Position numbers and translations under genes: made by a program. Source: Escherichia phage vB-Eco-KMB23. From it: a stretch of 64,000 nucleotides of DNA. How positions within the stretch are numbered: position 1 is the stretch's first letter; every line of letters starts with the position of its first letter. The notes beneath the pieces are model-generated. The model saw only the letters and a program-made list of their open reading frames with translations, was not told the DNA's origin and made no database searches. The DNA is taken from sequence record OR525702.1; one strand, given 5' to 3'. Of the stretch, positions 60,531 to 64,000 are shown piece by piece.

Positions 60531-61990
60531 AGACCAGTTACCTCATGAAAATCACCAAATACATCCTCGAATGTATTAGCTTTAGTTTTATCTTCACGTA
60601 AACGAATCGCAATTGGAAGAAATAATTTTACATAATCGGTGCGGCCATCAGATTTTAGCCAACCGTTGCATTCGCACTCTAGAATTTTTCCAATATAATA
60701 ATTTTGGTTTTCCATAATGCGAGTACGGTCAAGTTCATGTGATTTTACACCGGCTTTATCTTTTAAGCCTGAACCAGCATTTACTTTAATTTTTCCACAC
60801 TCTGATTCAAGAATAAATCCACCTGCTTTAGTAGGGTCTTTACGGTGAGGATAAATTCCTACAATTTTTAAATCAACATCAATTACTTCTTTAAATTTAT
60901 AGAGATTTTTTGAACGAGCATTTTCCCACAATCCATCGGTATTTTTGAGAATAATACCTTCAAGACCTTGGTCAATATATTTTTTATAAATTACCTTAGC
61001 TTCATCTAGGTTATTTACTACCTGGTTTTCAATTAAAATTACTTTATCATAGCCTGATGTCATTTGTTCTAGTTTAGAAAAACGTACATCATATTTTAAA
61101 CGAAACGCCGGAAGACCATATATTTCTACTAATGGAACATAGTCCCAGACCTGAAACTTCATGCATTGTGCTTCTTTTTCAGAAATGGTTCCCTTTAAAG
61201 ATTTATTAGCGATTCCATTAGAAGTAGTACGTGATTCAGCTACTTCAGCGAATTCTTTAGCTTTACTAATTTCAGGATAAGCATCAAAAAGAAAATCTAG
61301 GCCTTCTGGTTCCTTTTCAACTTGCTCATGGTATACCAATTCGCCATCAATTAACACACCTTCTGGATGAATCTGGCGGGCTTCAGCGGTCATTTTGATT
61401 AACTCTTCTTTAAGAAGATCTAATCCTAGATATTCATTACCAGCTCGTGATAAAAGACGAACATCATCTAATTCATCACCTCTGACTTCAGCAAAGCACC
61501 GAGCTCCATCAGCTTTTAATTGGGCAAAGGCTGGAAATTTGATATTCTTATTAATGCCTTTTTCATCATAAGAACTTGCCAGCATTTGAGGTTGTTCAGG
61601 AATTAAACCTGGCCAAACTTTGTTTGCAATAGATACTGAAGCACCGCATTCAAGGTCTCGCATCATCACTCGACGCAAAACTTCAACATCATCTTTTTTA
61701 CCATCGGTGATATATCCAATTAATTCCTCAATTGCCGCATTTCCAGTCAATTTCCGAGTAGCTAACGTGAATTCAATGAAGTCAAGCATATCGGTAATAG
61801 TCAGCATCCCAAAACTCTGGGTAGCAATACCGGGTTTAGGCCATTTCTTTATATAATACTGTAACCCACGAGAATAAGTCAGACGATATACTCGTTTGAG
61901 CAATTCATTATCTTTATTCTTTTCAAGAATTGCTTGCTTCTGCTTAGTTGAACCAATAGATGCTATTTCGTTCAGAATTTTAAGAATCAT
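60527..61990 (-). CDS. 30: gp30 ATP-dependent DNA ligase
   Basis: 487 aa; adenylation motif KADGARCF and OB domain. Confidence 0.97.
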   Translation of the reverse strand: MILKILNEIASIGSTKQKQAILEKNKDNELLKRVYRLTYSRGLQYYIKKWPKPGIATQSFGMLTITDMLDFIEFTLATRKLTGNAAIEELIGYITDGKKDDVEVLRRVMMRDLECGASVSIANKVWPGLIPEQPQMLASSYDEKGINKNIKFPAFAQLKADGARCFAEVRGDELDDVRLLSRAGNEYLGLDLLKEELIKMTAEARQIHPEGVLIDGELVYHEQVEKEPEGLDFLFDAYPEISKAKEFAEVAESRTTSNGIANKSLKGTISEKEAQCMKFQVWDYVPLVEIYGLPAFRLKYDVRFSKLEQMTSGYDKVILIENQVVNNLDEAKVIYKKYIDQGLEGIILKNTDGLWENARSKNLYKFKEVIDVDLKIVGIYPHRKDPTKAGGFILESECGKIKVNAGSGLKDKAGVKSHELDRTRIMENQNYYIGKILECECNGWLKSDGRTDYVKLFLPIAIRLREDKTKANTFEDVFGDFHEVTGL

Positions 61991-62256
61991 TGTTCATCCT
62001 TTAGAGTTTGGTTTACAGCTCTATTATAAATCAATTCATCATTAAGCTCAGTCAAAGACCTATGGTACGTGGTTCTAACTTTATTTCCTTGCATCCAATG
62101 CTTGACGTAAATGAAACCTTGCTCTACACATTTTTTAAAAATTCGTTCGTCTTTTTGAGCTCGGAATTCTGGATTGCATCTAAAAAATTGATTTACGTGA
62201 CCGTAATCACGTGTAGTATTACCTTCATTTTCATAAATAGTGTGAACAACAAACAT
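61987..62256 (-). CDS. hypothetical protein (30.1-like)
   Basis: 89 aa. Confidence 0.65.
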   Translation of the reverse strand: MFVVHTIYENEGNTTRDYGHVNQFFRCNPEFRAQKDERIFKKCVEQGFIYVKHWMQGNKVRTTYHRSLTELNDELIYNRAVNQTLKDEQ

Positions 62257-63092
62257 TAGAATGCTCCTTGGAAAATATTATCACCACTAGTAGGTCTATT
62301 ATACAAATACTCTATACCACCGGGTTTAATATAGTTCCATGTCTGAAACGGATGCGTCTGATATGGATGATATGGATTATAAGGATTAAATCCAGGAGTT
62401 CTCCAGGTAGTGTTCCAACGAAAAGAATCATTTTTAATCATCTTTTCAATTACATCTTTTATAGCTTTTTCACTATCAAAACTTTCTTTATTTTCCTTCG
62501 GTGAAAAAAGCTTATTCTCTACATCGTTCCATGTATAAACTCGCTGAGCGGTTTTTGGAATACTGTCACGTTCCCCTCGAGCCATCCAATACACAGGAAC
62601 ACGTAATATTTCACTCGCATGATCGCAGTGGTGAGCGAGATCGTCAATATAACAAATTACGTTATATTTCTCTTTTGCCTTTTTGAACAACTCTTCTTTT
62701 GAAGAATCATGACCACACATCATTACTTCTGAGAAGGCACCAGGAAAAAGAGCATTCAAATTAAATTGACGATTCAACAGAGCGTCAATAGAATCACCCA
62801 ATGCTGTAACAGCTACAAAATTATAATCTTCTTTTAATTTGTTAATTACACACAGAGCATCTTTATATGGAGACAAGTAACGAATAAAATCTGATCGATT
62901 GTATTTTTCAATTAGCTTAACGCCAAGTTCTTCATCACAGTTAAAGAGTTTACCAGGAGAAATAAATTTCTCATCCTGGATCATTTTTAAAATATGTTCT
63001 AACGGAAGATTATATTTCTGAGCAAAATAAGGAAGGCCTGATTGCCAGCTTAAACATACTCCATCAATATCAGTTAAAATAGTAAGCTTCAT
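62256..63092 (-). CDS. HAD-superfamily hydrolase-like protein (30.2-like)
   Basis: 278 aa; N-terminal motif I LTDIDGV. Confidence 0.7.
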   Translation of the reverse strand: MKLTILTDIDGVCLSWQSGLPYFAQKYNLPLEHILKMIQDEKFISPGKLFNCDEELGVKLIEKYNRSDFIRYLSPYKDALCVINKLKEDYNFVAVTALGDSIDALLNRQFNLNALFPGAFSEVMMCGHDSSKEELFKKAKEKYNVICYIDDLAHHCDHASEILRVPVYWMARGERDSIPKTAQRVYTWNDVENKLFSPKENKESFDSEKAIKDVIEKMIKNDSFRWNTTWRTPGFNPYNPYHPYQTHPFQTWNYIKPGGIEYLYNRPTSGDNIFQGAF

Positions 63093-63553
63093 AGAGAGTC
63101 TCTTAATAGGTTTAACACATCAATAAATTCAGCTTCGGTTAGTATTGTATCATCTTTTGTTAGACCACTAGCCATGCTGTGCTTCAAAACTTTTCCTTTC
63201 GAGGCTTGTAATGCATCACGAAAGCCCCTGTTTTGGATCGCTGCTTCAAAATATGCATTTGTGTATAATTCTTTCCACGCTGGGGAGTATCTTGAAAACG
63301 GAACTCCAAGCCAGAAGAGGGTCCCACGGTCCTGAGCTCTTGCATAAGACCTTCCAGCTTGTTGGGCGGCAAGACCGGATAACCCAAATATACGACGTTG
63401 TTGTTCAACATTTTTCACCTTGCACCCTTGGAGGAATCCTTCAAGACCTCCAAATTGAATACCATCCATAACGAAAGGCCATTGGGCGAAATTACTTAAT
63501 GCACATGATGGCCACCTAAAATTGCTTCTAATCTCTAACTCAGACATTTTCAA
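63089..63553 (-). CDS. NADAR/YbiA (DUF1768)-like protein (30.3-like)
   Basis: 154 aa; LSNFAQWPFVMDGIQF resembles YbiA FSNFAAWPIKVDGKTW core. Confidence 0.7.
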   Translation of the reverse strand: MKMSELEIRSNFRWPSCALSNFAQWPFVMDGIQFGGLEGFLQGCKVKNVEQQRRIFGLSGLAAQQAGRSYARAQDRGTLFWLGVPFSRYSPAWKELYTNAYFEAAIQNRGFRDALQASKGKVLKHSMASGLTKDDTILTEAEFIDVLNLLRDSL

Positions 63554-63746
63554 TGCTTATAATTTCAACATCAGCCCAATGACCATAGCAAGGAAGACGA
63601 AATTCAACTGGCCAGTTAGGGTCCTTTTCTAATATAATAGACTCAACTTGTGGTTCTTCATGTTCATCAGTATATGGATTTTTATCTGTTACTTTATATG
63701 TGACCTTAATGTACTGAATTCCAAAAATCTTATTAATTATATTCAT
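63540..63746 (-). CDS. hypothetical protein
   Basis: 68 aa. Confidence 0.55.
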   Translation of the reverse strand: MNIINKIFGIQYIKVTYKVTDKNPYTDEHEEPQVESIILEKDPNWPVEFRLPCYGHWADVEIISIENV

Positions 63747-63940
63747 ACTAATTCCTTTAATCCGTAGATAGGAGATAATTCATCACCCATACGAAGGTCT
63801 TCATTTCCATCTACCCAGGAAACAATATAAGCCTCTTTTATTTGAATACCACTCCATTTAAATGGAGGTAGAACCTTAGAAATTAATCCAGGTATACCAA
63901 CTCCCTTTAATTCAACAGTTTGACCTAAAAAGAATTTCAT
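63743..63940 (-). CDS. hypothetical protein
   Basis: 65 aa. Confidence 0.55.
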   Translation of the reverse strand: MKFFLGQTVELKGVGIPGLISKVLPPFKWSGIQIKEAYIVSWVDGNEDLRMGDELSPIYGLKELV

Positions 63941-64000
63941 TAGAACCTCATCTGAAAACCGTGCGATTTAACATTACCGCCGCCAATATCAGAAATGTTA
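63940..64000 (-). CDS. 3' end of an upstream minus-strand gene (partial, runs off right edge)
   Basis: Open frame ...NISDIGGGNVKSHGFQMRF* ending with TAA overlapping next ATG (TAATG). Confidence 0.4.
   Translation of the reverse strand, partial: NISDIGGGNVKSHGFQMRF

Overview
This window is a T4-like (Tequatrovirus-type) myovirus genome segment, recognised from near-canonical T4 protein sequences in the ORF track and conserved T4 gene order. Left to right: the 3' end of nudE (e.1) and a run of small minus-strand genes; a minus-strand tRNA array of 10 tRNAs with a GIY-YIG homing endonuclease (segB-like) embedded in it; a cluster of internal-protein (IP) genes carrying capsid-targeting leaders; then 57B-57A-1-3-2-4 on the minus strand. 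The plus strand then carries the late morphogenesis block 53-5-5.1-5.4-6-7-8-9-10-11-12-wac-13-14-15-16-17-18-19-20-67-68-21-22-23-24, followed by rnlB, hoc, inh, uvsW, uvsY, the baseplate/tail genes 25-26-51-27-28-29-48-54, two tandem Alt-family ADP-ribosyltransferase genes, DNA ligase (30) and the 30.x genes. I see no defence island or obviously undescribed multi-gene system. The observations most worth a second look are: a perfect 127-bp tandem duplication that frameshifts tail sheath gene 18; a hoc gene with an extra Ig-like domain; a tRNA set that differs from the T4 set as I remember it, with segB sitting between tRNA-Gly and tRNA-Ser; a promoter/hairpin cassette repeated four times around the IP genes; and tandem Alt paralogs close to a NADAR/YbiA-like gene. 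All calls are by eye from sequence and memory of T4; no searches were run.
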